NCBI GenBank assembly: GCA_016200085.1
Contig: JACQFL010000048.1
Location: 15,350 to 79,349, forward strand
Source: Candidatus Rokuibacteriota bacterium
GTDB taxonomy: Bacteria; Methylomirabilota; Methylomirabilia; Rokubacteriales; CSP1-6
Direction of reading: 5' to 3'
DNA length: 64,000 nt
A program made the translations under genes and the position numbers. Of the stretch, positions 7,934 to 16,784 are shown piece by piece; the stretch's first letter is position 1, and every line of letters begins with the position of its first letter. A model generated the notes under the pieces. The model saw only the letters and a list, made by a program, of their open reading frames with translations. It searched no databases and had not been told where the DNA came from.

Positions 7934-8523
7934 TCCTCGTCCCTCACGTATCCATGCTCGCGCGCCAGCCGCGTGAGGGCCTGCCGCAGCAGGTGCCGGC
8001 CCCGCGACAGGCGGGACATCACGGTGCCCACCGGGCAGCCGACGACGTCGGCGACCTCCCGATAGCTGAGGCCCTCGAGGTCCACGAGCACCACGGCCTC
8101 GCGGAACACCAGGGGCAGGCCTTTGAGCGCCCGATCGACGTCACCATGCAGGACGGTCTGGAAGAACGCTTCCTCCGGGTTGACGAACCCCATCGACGTC
8201 GCGCTGGGCTGGCCGGTCTCCCACACGGCCGCATCGGGCTCCAGGACCTCACGCCCGTCCTTGCGCAGCCGATTCAGGAACACGTTTCTGAGAATCGTGA
8301 GGAGCCAGGCGCGACAGTTGGTCCCCGGGTTGAACCGGTGAAAGTTGCGGAACGCCCGCAGCACCGCCTCCTGGACCACATCCTCGGCCTCCCCCCGGCT
8401 GCGCGTCAGACGAAGCGCCGTCTGGTAGAGCGTCTCGAGATGGACGAGGGCCGTCCGCTCGAACTCGCTGCCCTCCGATGCCGCGGTCCGCCAGGGAATC
8501 GGAAACCCTCCTGTCGTGAGAAC
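7930..8523 (-). CDS. ECF (sigma-70 family, RpoE-like) sigma factor
   Basis: Regions 2 and 4 are recognisable (LVHLETLYQTALRLT..., LPLVFREAVVLVDLEGLSYREVADVVGCPVGTVMSRLSRGRHLLRQ). The GTG at 8523 is a guess. The ORF extends to 8682. Confidence 0.7.
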   Translation of the reverse strand, partial: VLTTGGFPIPWRTAASEGSEFERTALVHLETLYQTALRLTRSRGEAEDVVQEAVLRAFRNFHRFNPGTNCRAWLLTILRNVFLNRLRKDGREVLEPDAAVWETGQPSATSMGFVNPEEAFFQTVLHGDVDRALKGLPLVFREAVVLVDLEGLSYREVADVVGCPVGTVMSRLSRGRHLLRQALTRLAREHGYVRDEE

Positions 8524-8566
8524 ACCACGACCCGCGCGGATATTCCGGCCTCGGGGGTGGCCCCGC

Positions 8567-9655
8567 TCAGGGAGCCGTACCGAGGATCGTCGTCGGGTGA
8601 AACGCCGCCCAGGCGAACCAGAACGCATCGACGTGAGGGATCGCACGCAGCCGGCGTCCCGCCAGCGGCCCCTTGACCCCACGGCCGAGCAGGTTCCAGG
8701 TCGTGCCGGTCTCCCGGTCGCGGAAGCCCCCCTCGTTTGCCTCGAATGTCAGGCTCTTTCCGTCGAGCATTCGACTGTAGACGGCGGTGGCGCCGACCGC
8801 GCGCGACCGCTCGATCCGCGCATCGTCGAGCGCCGAGAGGGCGCCCGGCTGAAAGAAGATCACGAGCGCCTCGCGGTCGATGGCGTCGTGCAGCACCCGC
8901 CGCTCGGCCAGAATCGGCCAGGGGTACGCCTTGGCCGTCTCGCCGATCTTCACGCCGACCACGCGCTCCTTCGGTGGCCGACGCGTATCCGGCCGACCGT
9001 TGAAGAGGAACGGACGAAGCTCCGGCTGATCGTATGACCCGTAGGGATTGGCGCCGTACTGGCGCTGGTGTCCCGTCTCCCGCGACAGGACCTTGCCGTC
9101 CGGGTGGGCCGCCTTCCAGTCCGCGAACGCGATCGTGTTGGCGGGCACCAGCGCGAGCCGCGTCCCCGCACGCTGGCCGACGAGGGCCCGACCTTCCATC
9201 TGCGCCCAGAGCGAGTGGCTCTGACGGTCGTACATGACGAGGTCGCTCTTGTACACCTTGCCCGACGTCCCGAAGTCGAGCGTCACGTCTCCGACCACCC
9301 GGTCGAACGCGATGCCCGAGTTGCGCAGCGGACAGAAGGTCACGACGACAGGCTTGCCCCCGACGGTGTCGTTCACGATCTCGTGCCACATGAGAATCTG
9401 GAGCGGATACGCCCGCGCATCGCCGTTGATCTCCAGCGCGAGCACGGGCTCCTGGGGCACCAGCCACGCGGCTTGACGCGCGGCGATGAACGCCGGTCGA
9501 TCGATCGCCGGGATGCCGTCTGGAGGCGGGCCGCCGGGGATGATCTCGTCGAGCGGGACCAGCGCCTTGCTCTCGTCGGTCCTGAGCCGCTCGGCGGTCG
9601 CCGCCGAAGCGATCAGGACGGTCAGCGCCACCATGATCGGTACGCGTTTCAACAT
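8567..9655 (-). CDS. DUF3179 family secreted protein
   Basis: Internal Met MLKRVPIMVALTVLIASAATA of ORF 8567..10048. Confidence 0.6.
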   Translation of the reverse strand: MLKRVPIMVALTVLIASAATAERLRTDESKALVPLDEIIPGGPPPDGIPAIDRPAFIAARQAAWLVPQEPVLALEINGDARAYPLQILMWHEIVNDTVGGKPVVVTFCPLRNSGIAFDRVVGDVTLDFGTSGKVYKSDLVMYDRQSHSLWAQMEGRALVGQRAGTRLALVPANTIAFADWKAAHPDGKVLSRETGHQRQYGANPYGSYDQPELRPFLFNGRPDTRRPPKERVVGVKIGETAKAYPWPILAERRVLHDAIDREALVIFFQPGALSALDDARIERSRAVGATAVYSRMLDGKSLTFEANEGGFRDRETGTTWNLLGRGVKGPLAGRRLRAIPHVDAFWFAWAAFHPTTILGTAP

Positions 9656-10129
9656 CTGCCGGCTCACGTGGTCCCTCCCTCGGGCGCGTCCGGCCTTACG
9701 GCGCCTGCACGGGCTCGCTCCGGTGCGACGCATCGATGGTCCGGGAGGACGTTCCAGGCGACGCGGCGGGTGACAGCGTGTCCATCGTCGCCTCCTTGCA
9801 GCGCCCTTCTCGGCGCCGTCACTGTAGAACACGCGGCGGGCCACCTCCATTCCCGCTCGGTCGCGAATCGCCATCGTTTCAAGCTCGGCAGGGGGCGGAT
9901 CGTGCGACTCGGAGAGTCGCCGTAGCGGAAGTCGCTGACGACGATGGGGTTTGTGCCCCGAAACGCCATCGGAGGAGCGGCTGGAGAGAAGACCCGGGAC
10001 GTTCGCGCGGAGGGGTCCGGAGAGCGGAAAGATCGGGTGACGCTGCACGATGTCGAGGTTAGCGGCCGGTCATCGGCCCCGGGGCGCCCGGCGGTCGTGG
10101 ACAGATCGTTTCACGCGTCGTGGCGCTGA

Positions 10130-11020
10130 TTAGACCGTCCGCTCCCGCTCGCCGAAGAGGCCGGTGGGGCGGATGACGAGCAGGCCGATCAGGAACACGA
10201 AGCCGTAGAGATCCTTGTAGGCGGCCGAGAAGAACACCGAGCCCAGGGCCTCGATGAGGCCGAGGAGCACGCCGCCGACGACCGATCCCAGGATGGAGCC
10301 GAGGCCCCCGATCACGATGATCTCGAAGCCCTTGAACGTCGAGATCGCCCCGCCCTCCGGATAGACGAGGAAGTCCGGCGCGAGGAGGGCCCCGGCCGCC
10401 GCGGCCAGGGCCACGCCCACGCCGAACGCGAGCATGTCGAGTCGGAGCACGTCGACCCCGGCGGTCTGGATGCCGACGCGGTTCTGGGCGGCGCCACGGA
10501 ACGCCGTCCCGATCCACGTGCGCTTCACGAGCAGGTAGAAGAGCGCGAGCAGCGCCAGCGTGGCGATGAGGGCCACGAAGCGGTTGCCGGAGATGGGCAG
10601 GGTGAGCAGCGTGGTCGGGCGCGCGTAGTCCCGCGGCGCGTACTGGTTGGGCCCGCCGAGCACGACGGCGAGGTTCCGGAAGAGGACCATGAGCGCGATG
10701 GTGACGATCGTCGCGTACTCGTCACGCCGCTCGATCCCCCGCACGTACATCGGGCGCAGGAGCACGCGCTGCGTGACGAGCCCGAGCACGAAGACCGCCC
10801 CCATCGTGAGCGGCAGCGCGATCCACCAGCGCCCCGGGCCGAGCACGGTGGCCAGCAGCGCGTACTGCACGTAGCTGCCGATCATGTAGAACTCGCCCAT
10901 GGCCCAGTTGATCATCTTCATGATGCCGTAGATGAACGTGATCCCGAGCGCCATCAGGCTGTAGATGACCCCGATGACGAGCCCCGAGAGCACGTACTGG
11001 GACAGGAGGAACGCGTCCAC
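10130..11020 (-). CDS. livH: Branched-chain amino acid ABC transporter permease (LivH-type)
   Basis: 296-aa polytopic protein with a typical LivH signature. Confidence 0.8.
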   Translation of the reverse strand: MDAFLLSQYVLSGLVIGVIYSLMALGITFIYGIMKMINWAMGEFYMIGSYVQYALLATVLGPGRWWIALPLTMGAVFVLGLVTQRVLLRPMYVRGIERRDEYATIVTIALMVLFRNLAVVLGGPNQYAPRDYARPTTLLTLPISGNRFVALIATLALLALFYLLVKRTWIGTAFRGAAQNRVGIQTAGVDVLRLDMLAFGVGVALAAAAGALLAPDFLVYPEGGAISTFKGFEIIVIGGLGSILGSVVGGVLLGLIEALGSVFFSAAYKDLYGFVFLIGLLVIRPTGLFGERERTV

Positions 11021-11023
11021 GCC

Positions 11024-12244
11024 CTACTTTTTGGGGGCCATCAGCAGGTCGCCCGTCTTCAGCTCGGGCGGGAAGATGATCTTGGCCTCGGTGAAGACCT
11101 GCTCGGGCCGCGTGTACTGCATGAAGAGCATCGGCGGGGTCCACTGCTGCCAGTACGGGCCCTCGCCGCGGGTGAAGCTGATGGTGCCGTTCCAGCCCTC
11201 GAACTTGCTGGCGAGCAGGGCCTTGACGAGGCTCTCGCCCGCCTCGCTCCTGGCCGCGTTCAGCGCGTCGGCGAGCAGCGTGATCTGGGCGTAGCCGTTC
11301 AGCGCGCCGTAGACGGGATCCTCCTTGAACTGCTCGCGGTACTTCGTGCGGAACGCCTCGCCCCGCGGGGTCAGCTTCATCGTCGGGTGGTAGTAGGTGA
11401 TGAAGGTGACGTACGTGCCCTTCTCGCCGAGGTTCTTCCAGAACTCGGGACGGGCGGGCAGGTCGTAGGATACGAGCATCGGGGTGGCGGGGAAGAGCGC
11501 GACGTCGGAGGCCTGCTTGAGGATGAGGTACACGGGCGTGCCGACGCCCACGTTGATCAGGAGGTCCGGCTTCCAGCTCTTGATCTCCAGCAGCTGCGGG
11601 GTGAGGTCCACCACCGCCCGGTCGAACATGACCGTCTTGAGCTCGGCCGCGACGTCCATGGTCTTGAAGAGCTTCTTGGTGTCCTCGACCACGCCGACGC
11701 CGTAGTCGGTGTTCTCGGCCAGCACCGCTACCCGCTTGAAGCCCTGCTGCTTGATCCAGCGGTTCCAGATCGTCACGCGATCGGGGTCGATCACGTGGGT
11801 GCGGAACGTGTACGCGAGGTGCCGCTCGGTGATGCCCTTGGCGGAGGCCTGGGTGGAGAAGACGGGGATCTTGAACTGCTCGGCCAGGTCCTGCACGGCG
11901 CCCATCACCGAGCTGTGGAACTGGCCGATGACGGCCACGGCCCTGTCCTGGCTGGCCAGCTTCCGGAAGCCGGCCACGCCCTTCTCCGGCGTGCCGGAGT
12001 CGTCCTCGACGACCAGCTCGATCTTCCGCCCTCCGAGCACCCCGCCGCGGGCGTTCACGTCGTCGGCGGCCATCTTGGCGCCGCGGACGATGAACTGCCC
12101 GGCCGCGGCATCGCCGGGCGGCGAGAGCGGGGTCAGGACGCCGATCTTGACCGGATTCTGAGCGAGCGCCGGCGCGACGAGCCCCACACCGGCGATGGCC
12201 GTGAGCACCGCGACCGCACTGGCAAGCCAGCGATGACGTCTCAT
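11024..12244 (-). CDS. Branched-chain amino acid ABC transporter substrate-binding protein (LivK/LivJ family)
   Basis: Signal peptide, then a periplasmic binding protein type I fold. Confidence 0.8.
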   Translation of the reverse strand: MRRHRWLASAVAVLTAIAGVGLVAPALAQNPVKIGVLTPLSPPGDAAAGQFIVRGAKMAADDVNARGGVLGGRKIELVVEDDSGTPEKGVAGFRKLASQDRAVAVIGQFHSSVMGAVQDLAEQFKIPVFSTQASAKGITERHLAYTFRTHVIDPDRVTIWNRWIKQQGFKRVAVLAENTDYGVGVVEDTKKLFKTMDVAAELKTVMFDRAVVDLTPQLLEIKSWKPDLLINVGVGTPVYLILKQASDVALFPATPMLVSYDLPARPEFWKNLGEKGTYVTFITYYHPTMKLTPRGEAFRTKYREQFKEDPVYGALNGYAQITLLADALNAARSEAGESLVKALLASKFEGWNGTISFTRGEGPYWQQWTPPMLFMQYTRPEQVFTEAKIIFPPELKTGDLLMAPKK

Positions 12245-12359
12245 GTCGATCCTCCCCGGCGAGCCTTCGCGTGCCCGGCGCTCGAGCGCCGAGCGCCCGG
12301 CGGAAGGCCGCCATCCGCGCGGATTCTACCCGATGCGCGAGCGCCTCGTCTCCGGGCCC

Positions 12360-13142
12360 TCACGCCATGTCCGGTAACCCGGTATGGGCGGTGATCCCGC
12401 CGTCGACCACGATCGCGGCTCCCGTGATGAAGGAGGACTCGTCGGAGGCGAGGAAGCACACGGTGCTGGCGATCTCGTCCGGCTCGCCGATCCGGCCGAT
12501 GGGATGCGCGGCCGCGTTCCGACGCCGGAAGTCCTCCGCGCGATCCTTGCCGAGGAGCTCTGCGGCGCGGGTGTTGATGGCGCCCGGGCACACGCAGTTG
12601 ACCCGGATGCCGTCGCGGGCGTTCTCCCGCGCCGCGGAGCGGGTGAGGTTGATCACGCCGGCCTTGGCGGCGTTGTAGGACGACAGGCCGTAGTCGCCGG
12701 CGATCCCGGAGATCGAGGCCGTGTTGACGATGACGCCGCGCCCCTGGCGGCGCATGAGGGGCAGGCAGTACTTCATGCCGAGGAACGTGCCCGTCAAGGT
12801 GACGGCGATCACGCGGTTCCAGCTCTCGAGCGAGATCTCGTGGAGCGGCGCGGCCTCCGCCAGGCCGGCGTTGTTGACGACGATGTCCAGGCCACCGAAG
12901 GTGTCGAGCGCCAGCTGGATGGTGGCCTGGACGCGCTCGGGGACGGCCACGTCCATCTTGATCGCCACCGCGCGCCCACCGCCGGCCACGATGGCCGCCG
13001 CGACCTCATCGGCGCGTCGGCCGCTCAGGTCCGCGACGACCACCGCCGTGCCGTGACCGGCCAGGCGGCGTGCGGTCGCCGCGCCGATCCCGGAGCCGGC
13101 GGCCGTGACGATGGCGATCCGGCCCCCGAGCGAGGCGGTCAT
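12360..13142 (-). CDS. SDR family oxidoreductase (FabG-like 3-oxoacyl-ACP reductase)
   Basis: MTASLGGRIAIVTAAGSGIG...NAAK, the C-terminal 260 aa of the spurious ORF 12360..14240. Confidence 0.75.
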   Translation of the reverse strand: MTASLGGRIAIVTAAGSGIGAATARRLAGHGTAVVVADLSGRRADEVAAAIVAGGGRAVAIKMDVAVPERVQATIQLALDTFGGLDIVVNNAGLAEAAPLHEISLESWNRVIAVTLTGTFLGMKYCLPLMRRQGRGVIVNTASISGIAGDYGLSSYNAAKAGVINLTRSAARENARDGIRVNCVCPGAINTRAAELLGKDRAEDFRRRNAAAHPIGRIGEPDEIASTVCFLASDESSFITGAAIVVDGGITAHTGLPDMA

Positions 13143-13147
13143 GGCGC

Positions 13148-13921
13148 TCACACCGCCATGATGTGGTATCCGCAGTCCACGTAGATCACCTCGCCGGTGA
13201 TCCCCGAGGCGAGCGGGGAGGCCAGGAACGCCGCGGTGTCGCCGATCTCCTTCAGGGTCACGTTGCGGCGCAGCGGCGCCTTCTCGGCGGCGTGCTGGAG
13301 CATGCCGGTGAAGCCCTTGATCCCGCGCGCGGCCAGCGTGTTCACCGGGCCGGCGGAGATGGCGTTGACCCGGATGCCGCGCGGGCCGAGATCGGCGGCC
13401 AGGTAGCGCACGCTCGCCTCGAGCGAGGCCTTGGCCACGCCCATGACGTTGTAGTTGGGGGCGACCTTCTCGCTGCCGTAGTAGGTCATCGCGATCACCG
13501 AGCCCGGGCCGGACTTCTCGAGCAGGGGCGCCGCCGCGCGGGCGAGCCCGACCAGCGAGTAGGCCGAGATCTCGTGGGCGGTGAGGAAGCCGGCGCGCGA
13601 GGTGGCCGTGAAGGAGCCCTCGAGGTCGGCCCGCTCGGCGTAGCCGATGGAATGCACCAGGAGCGCCAGGGCGCCGAGCTCGCGCTCGAGGCCGGCGAAG
13701 ACCGCCGCGATCTCGGCCTCGGAGGTGACGTCGCAGGGGAACAGGAGCGAGCCGGGCAGCGTTGCGGCAAGCTCGGCGACGTTCTCGCGCAGCCGCTCGC
13801 CCTGATAGGTGAAGGCCAGACGCATGCCGGCCGCCGCGAGCGACTGGGCGATGCCCCAGGCGATCGAGCGCTTGTTGGCGACGCCGAAGACGACGCCGGT
13901 CTTGCCCGTGAGATCGATCAT
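13148..13921 (-). CDS. fabI: Enoyl-ACP reductase (NADH) FabI
   Basis: Matches E. coli FabI along its full length (AFTYQ, NYNVMGVAKASLEASVRY, NAISAGP). Confidence 0.9.
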   Translation of the reverse strand: MIDLTGKTGVVFGVANKRSIAWGIAQSLAAAGMRLAFTYQGERLRENVAELAATLPGSLLFPCDVTSEAEIAAVFAGLERELGALALLVHSIGYAERADLEGSFTATSRAGFLTAHEISAYSLVGLARAAAPLLEKSGPGSVIAMTYYGSEKVAPNYNVMGVAKASLEASVRYLAADLGPRGIRVNAISAGPVNTLAARGIKGFTGMLQHAAEKAPLRRNVTLKEIGDTAAFLASPLASGITGEVIYVDCGYHIMAV

Positions 13922-13942
13922 GAAGCCTCCGTGGGACCGGGC

Positions 13943-14338
13943 TCAGCCCGCCTGGCGCAGGCGGGCGACGAGGGCCGCATCCGCGGGCGGGAACTGGTAA
14001 CGCTGCAGCTCGCCCGGCGCGACCCAGTCCATGGCCTGGCCCTCGCGGGGCTCGATGGCGCCGGCCACGAGCCGGCAGCGGTAGAAGTGGAGCACGATCG
14101 TGCGGTCCGGGTACTCCCATTCCGTGGTGTCGACGGCCGCGCCGACCTCGAAGCGCCCGCCCAGCTCCTCGGTGAGCTCGCGGCCCAGGCAGGCCGCCAG
14201 GTCCTCGCCGGCCTGGCGCTTGCCGCCGGGGAACTCCCACAGGCCTTCGAGGTGCGTGCCGCGCCGGCGCTGGGTGATGAGATAGCGGCCCGTGGCGTCC
14301 TGGATGAGCGCGGCGGTGACGTCGACCACGAGCGGCAC
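13943..14338 (-). CDS. NUDIX hydrolase, MutT-like (8-oxo-dGTP diphosphatase-type)
   Basis: Complete Nudix box GGKRQAGEDLAACLGRELTEELG. Confidence 0.8.
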   Translation of the reverse strand: MPLVVDVTAALIQDATGRYLITQRRRGTHLEGLWEFPGGKRQAGEDLAACLGRELTEELGGRFEVGAAVDTTEWEYPDRTIVLHFYRCRLVAGAIEPREGQAMDWVAPGELQRYQFPPADAALVARLRQAG

Positions 14339-14339
14339 G

Positions 14340-14873
14340 TCAGGAGGCCGTCCAGCCGCCGTCGACGGCGAGCACGGCGCCCGTGACGTAGCGCGCGGCG
14401 TCGGAGGCCAGGCACAGGCTGGCGGCCGCGACGTCTTCCACCGTGCCGGCGCGGCGGATCGGGATGCGGTGCTCGATGACCCGCCGGTCGAAGTCGTTGA
14501 TGCCCTGGCCGAGGTCGGTGTCGATGGTCCCCGCCGCGACGACGTTGACCCGGATGCCTTCGCCGATCAACTCGACGGCCGCCGCGCGCGCCAGCATGTG
14601 CAGCCCGCCCTTGGAGGCGACGTAGGGCGCGAAATTCTGGACGGCCACGGTGCCGGCGGCCGAACCCACGTGGACGATCGAGCCTCCGCCGCTCACGGCC
14701 AGCCCCCGACCGCCCTCCTTCGTGACCGCCGCGACCGTCTCGGCCAGCGGCGCGGGCCGGCGACCGAAGACGACGACGCGCGCGCCTGCCGCGGCGAAGC
14801 GCTCCGCCGTCCCGCGGCCGCTGCCGGCACCGCCACCGGCGATCACCGCGACCTTGCCGTCGAGCGCGTTCAC
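14340..14873 (-). CDS. Truncated SDR-family protein (about 177 aa, central segment missing). Possible gene remnant.
   Basis: GKVAVIAGGGAGSG ... YVASKGG ... C-terminal SDR motifs, but too short for a complete SDR. GTG start overlaps the mutY-like stop (GTGA). Confidence 0.4.
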   Translation of the reverse strand: MNALDGKVAVIAGGGAGSGRGTAERFAAAGARVVVFGRRPAPLAETVAAVTKEGGRGLAVSGGGSIVHVGSAAGTVAVQNFAPYVASKGGLHMLARAAAVELIGEGIRVNVVAAGTIDTDLGQGINDFDRRVIEHRIPIRRAGTVEDVAAASLCLASDAARYVTGAVLAVDGGWTAS

Positions 14874-15604
14874 CGGACTTCGCGCCCCACCCGGCGGGGC
14901 CCGGCGCGCGCGGGTCGCCCGGCGCGCGCATGGCGTCGTGCCGGCGGAGCGACCGGATAGCTCACGCAGAGCCGGCGCATCGGGCACGTCGGGCAGCGGG
15001 GCGCGCGCGGCGTGCACCAGGTGGCGCCGAAGTCCATCAGCGCCTGGTTGAAGTCGTAGCCGCGCCCGCGGGGCACGAGGGCCGCGGCCAGATCCCACAA
15101 GGTCTTCTCGCCGCGCACGCGCCGCGCGCGGCGCGGCCCGAGGAACACGCGCGTGAGCACGCGGCGCACGTTGGTGTCGAGGATCGCGGCGTCGCGGCCA
15201 TAGGCGAAGGAGAGAATGGCGCCCGCCGTGTAGCGGCCGATCCCGGGCAGCCGGCGCAGGCGCTCGGCGTCGTCGGGCAACCGGCCGCCATAGGCCGCGA
15301 CGGTCTCGCGCGCGATGGCGTGCAGGCGCACGGGGCGGACGTTGTAGCCCAGCGGGTACCACAGCGCGCGCACGTCGTCGACCGGCGCGCCGGCCAGGCT
15401 CTGCATCGTGGGATAGCGGTCGAGGAACTGGCGGTACTTCGGCAGCACGCGATCGACCTGGGTCTGCTGGAGCATGATCTCGGAGACCAGCACGCGGTAG
15501 GGGTCGCGCGTTCGGCGCCACGGCAGGTCGCGCCCGTGACGGCGGTACCAGGTGAGCAACCGGCACTGGAAACGGCGGACCGTCCCGGCATCGGGACGTC
15601 GCAC
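14870..15604 (-). CDS. HhH-GPD DNA glycosylase with 4Fe-4S cluster loop, MutY/endonuclease III-like. Glycosylase domain only.
   Basis: DPYRVLVSEIMLQQTQVDRV; CTPRAPRCPTCPMRRLC. Confidence 0.8.
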   Translation of the reverse strand: MRRPDAGTVRRFQCRLLTWYRRHGRDLPWRRTRDPYRVLVSEIMLQQTQVDRVLPKYRQFLDRYPTMQSLAGAPVDDVRALWYPLGYNVRPVRLHAIARETVAAYGGRLPDDAERLRRLPGIGRYTAGAILSFAYGRDAAILDTNVRRVLTRVFLGPRRARRVRGEKTLWDLAAALVPRGRGYDFNQALMDFGATWCTPRAPRCPTCPMRRLCVSYPVAPPARRHARAGRPARAGPRRVGREVR

Positions 15605-15683
15605 GGTCAGAGGGTCGACTCCAGGGCCCGCGGCGTACGCTTCACGAGCCGGGATTCTAGCGCGGGACGTGTAGAATCAGGCC

Positions 15684-16754
15684 ATGGCAAATGCCGACCC
15701 GCTGCACGACCTGCACGCCGCCGCGGGGGCGCGCTTCGGCTCCCCGTGCGGCGTCGAGCTGCCGCTCGACTACGGCGACGCCGCAGCGGAGTACGAGGCC
15801 GTGCGGCGGGGCGTGGGGCTGCTCGACCATGGCGATTGCGGCGTGCTGGAGGTCACCGGGCGGGACCGCGCCACGTTCCTGCACGCGATGTTGAGCCAGG
15901 ACGTCAAGTCGCTGGCGCCGGGGCAGGGGGCGGCGGCCGCGTTCCTCGACATCCACGGCAAGGTCCAGGTGACCCTCCGGCTGCTCGTGCAGGACGATCG
16001 CATCCTCGTCATCACCCCGCCGGGGCTGGCCACCAAGACCTCGGAGGCGCTCGACCACTACCTGTTCTCCGAGAAGGCGGTGTTCCGCGACGCGACGGGC
16101 GAGTCGTGCATGCTCACCCTCGCGGGCCCGGAGGCTGCGGCGGTGGCCCAGAGGCTGACGGGGACGGTCGTGGCCGAGCCCGAGTGGTCCCACGTGCCCG
16201 CGCGGCTGGGTGACGTCGAGGTCAGGCTGGTGCGCGGTGACGGCGAGACCGGGGAGCCGGAGGTGTGGCTGATCGGCGCCGCCGCGGACGGGCCGGCGGT
16301 CTGGCGCGCGGCGCTCGCCGCCGGCGCGCGGCCCGTGGGCCTGCACGCGAAGGACGCGCTGCGCATAGAGGCCGGCACGCCGTACGACGGCCACGACGTC
16401 GACGAGACCGTGCTGCTGCCCGAGATCCCGCAGGAGCGGCTGGTCTCGCACACCAAGGGCTGCTACATCGGCCAGGAGGTCGTCGTCCGCATCCGCGACC
16501 GCGGCCACGTCAACCGTCACCTGCGCGGGCTCCTGGTGGAGGGCGGCCGTGTGCCCGTGGCGGGCGCGGCGGTGCTCGCGGGCGACGACGAGGTCGGCCG
16601 GGTGACGAGCGCCGCGTGGTCGTACGGGCGGCGCCAGCCTGTCGCGCTGGCCTTCGTCAAGCGCCAACACGCCGAGCCGGGCACGCCGCTCGCCGTCCGC
16701 CTCGATGGCAGCGTCGCGCGCGCGACCGTCTCGGCGCTGCCCTTCACGCGGTAA
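15684..16754 (+). CDS. ygfZ: Folate-binding Fe-S cluster repair / tRNA-modifying protein YgfZ (GcvT family)
   Basis: KGCYIGQE signature and GcvT-like fold. Confidence 0.8.
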   Translation: MANADPLHDLHAAAGARFGSPCGVELPLDYGDAAAEYEAVRRGVGLLDHGDCGVLEVTGRDRATFLHAMLSQDVKSLAPGQGAAAAFLDIHGKVQVTLRLLVQDDRILVITPPGLATKTSEALDHYLFSEKAVFRDATGESCMLTLAGPEAAAVAQRLTGTVVAEPEWSHVPARLGDVEVRLVRGDGETGEPEVWLIGAAADGPAVWRAALAAGARPVGLHAKDALRIEAGTPYDGHDVDETVLLPEIPQERLVSHTKGCYIGQEVVVRIRDRGHVNRHLRGLLVEGGRVPVAGAAVLAGDDEVGRVTSAAWSYGRRQPVALAFVKRQHAEPGTPLAVRLDGSVARATVSALPFTR

Positions 16755-16784
16755 GCCCGACCGGCCGGGAGATCGGGAGCGCGC

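Noticed and set aside
12360-14240. Single 626-aa ORF on the minus strand
   Set aside because: It is a read-through of three genes in one frame, namely the fabG-like SDR, plus parts that run antisense or out of frame over fabI and the Nudix gene. The real genes are delimited by internal starts and by homology.
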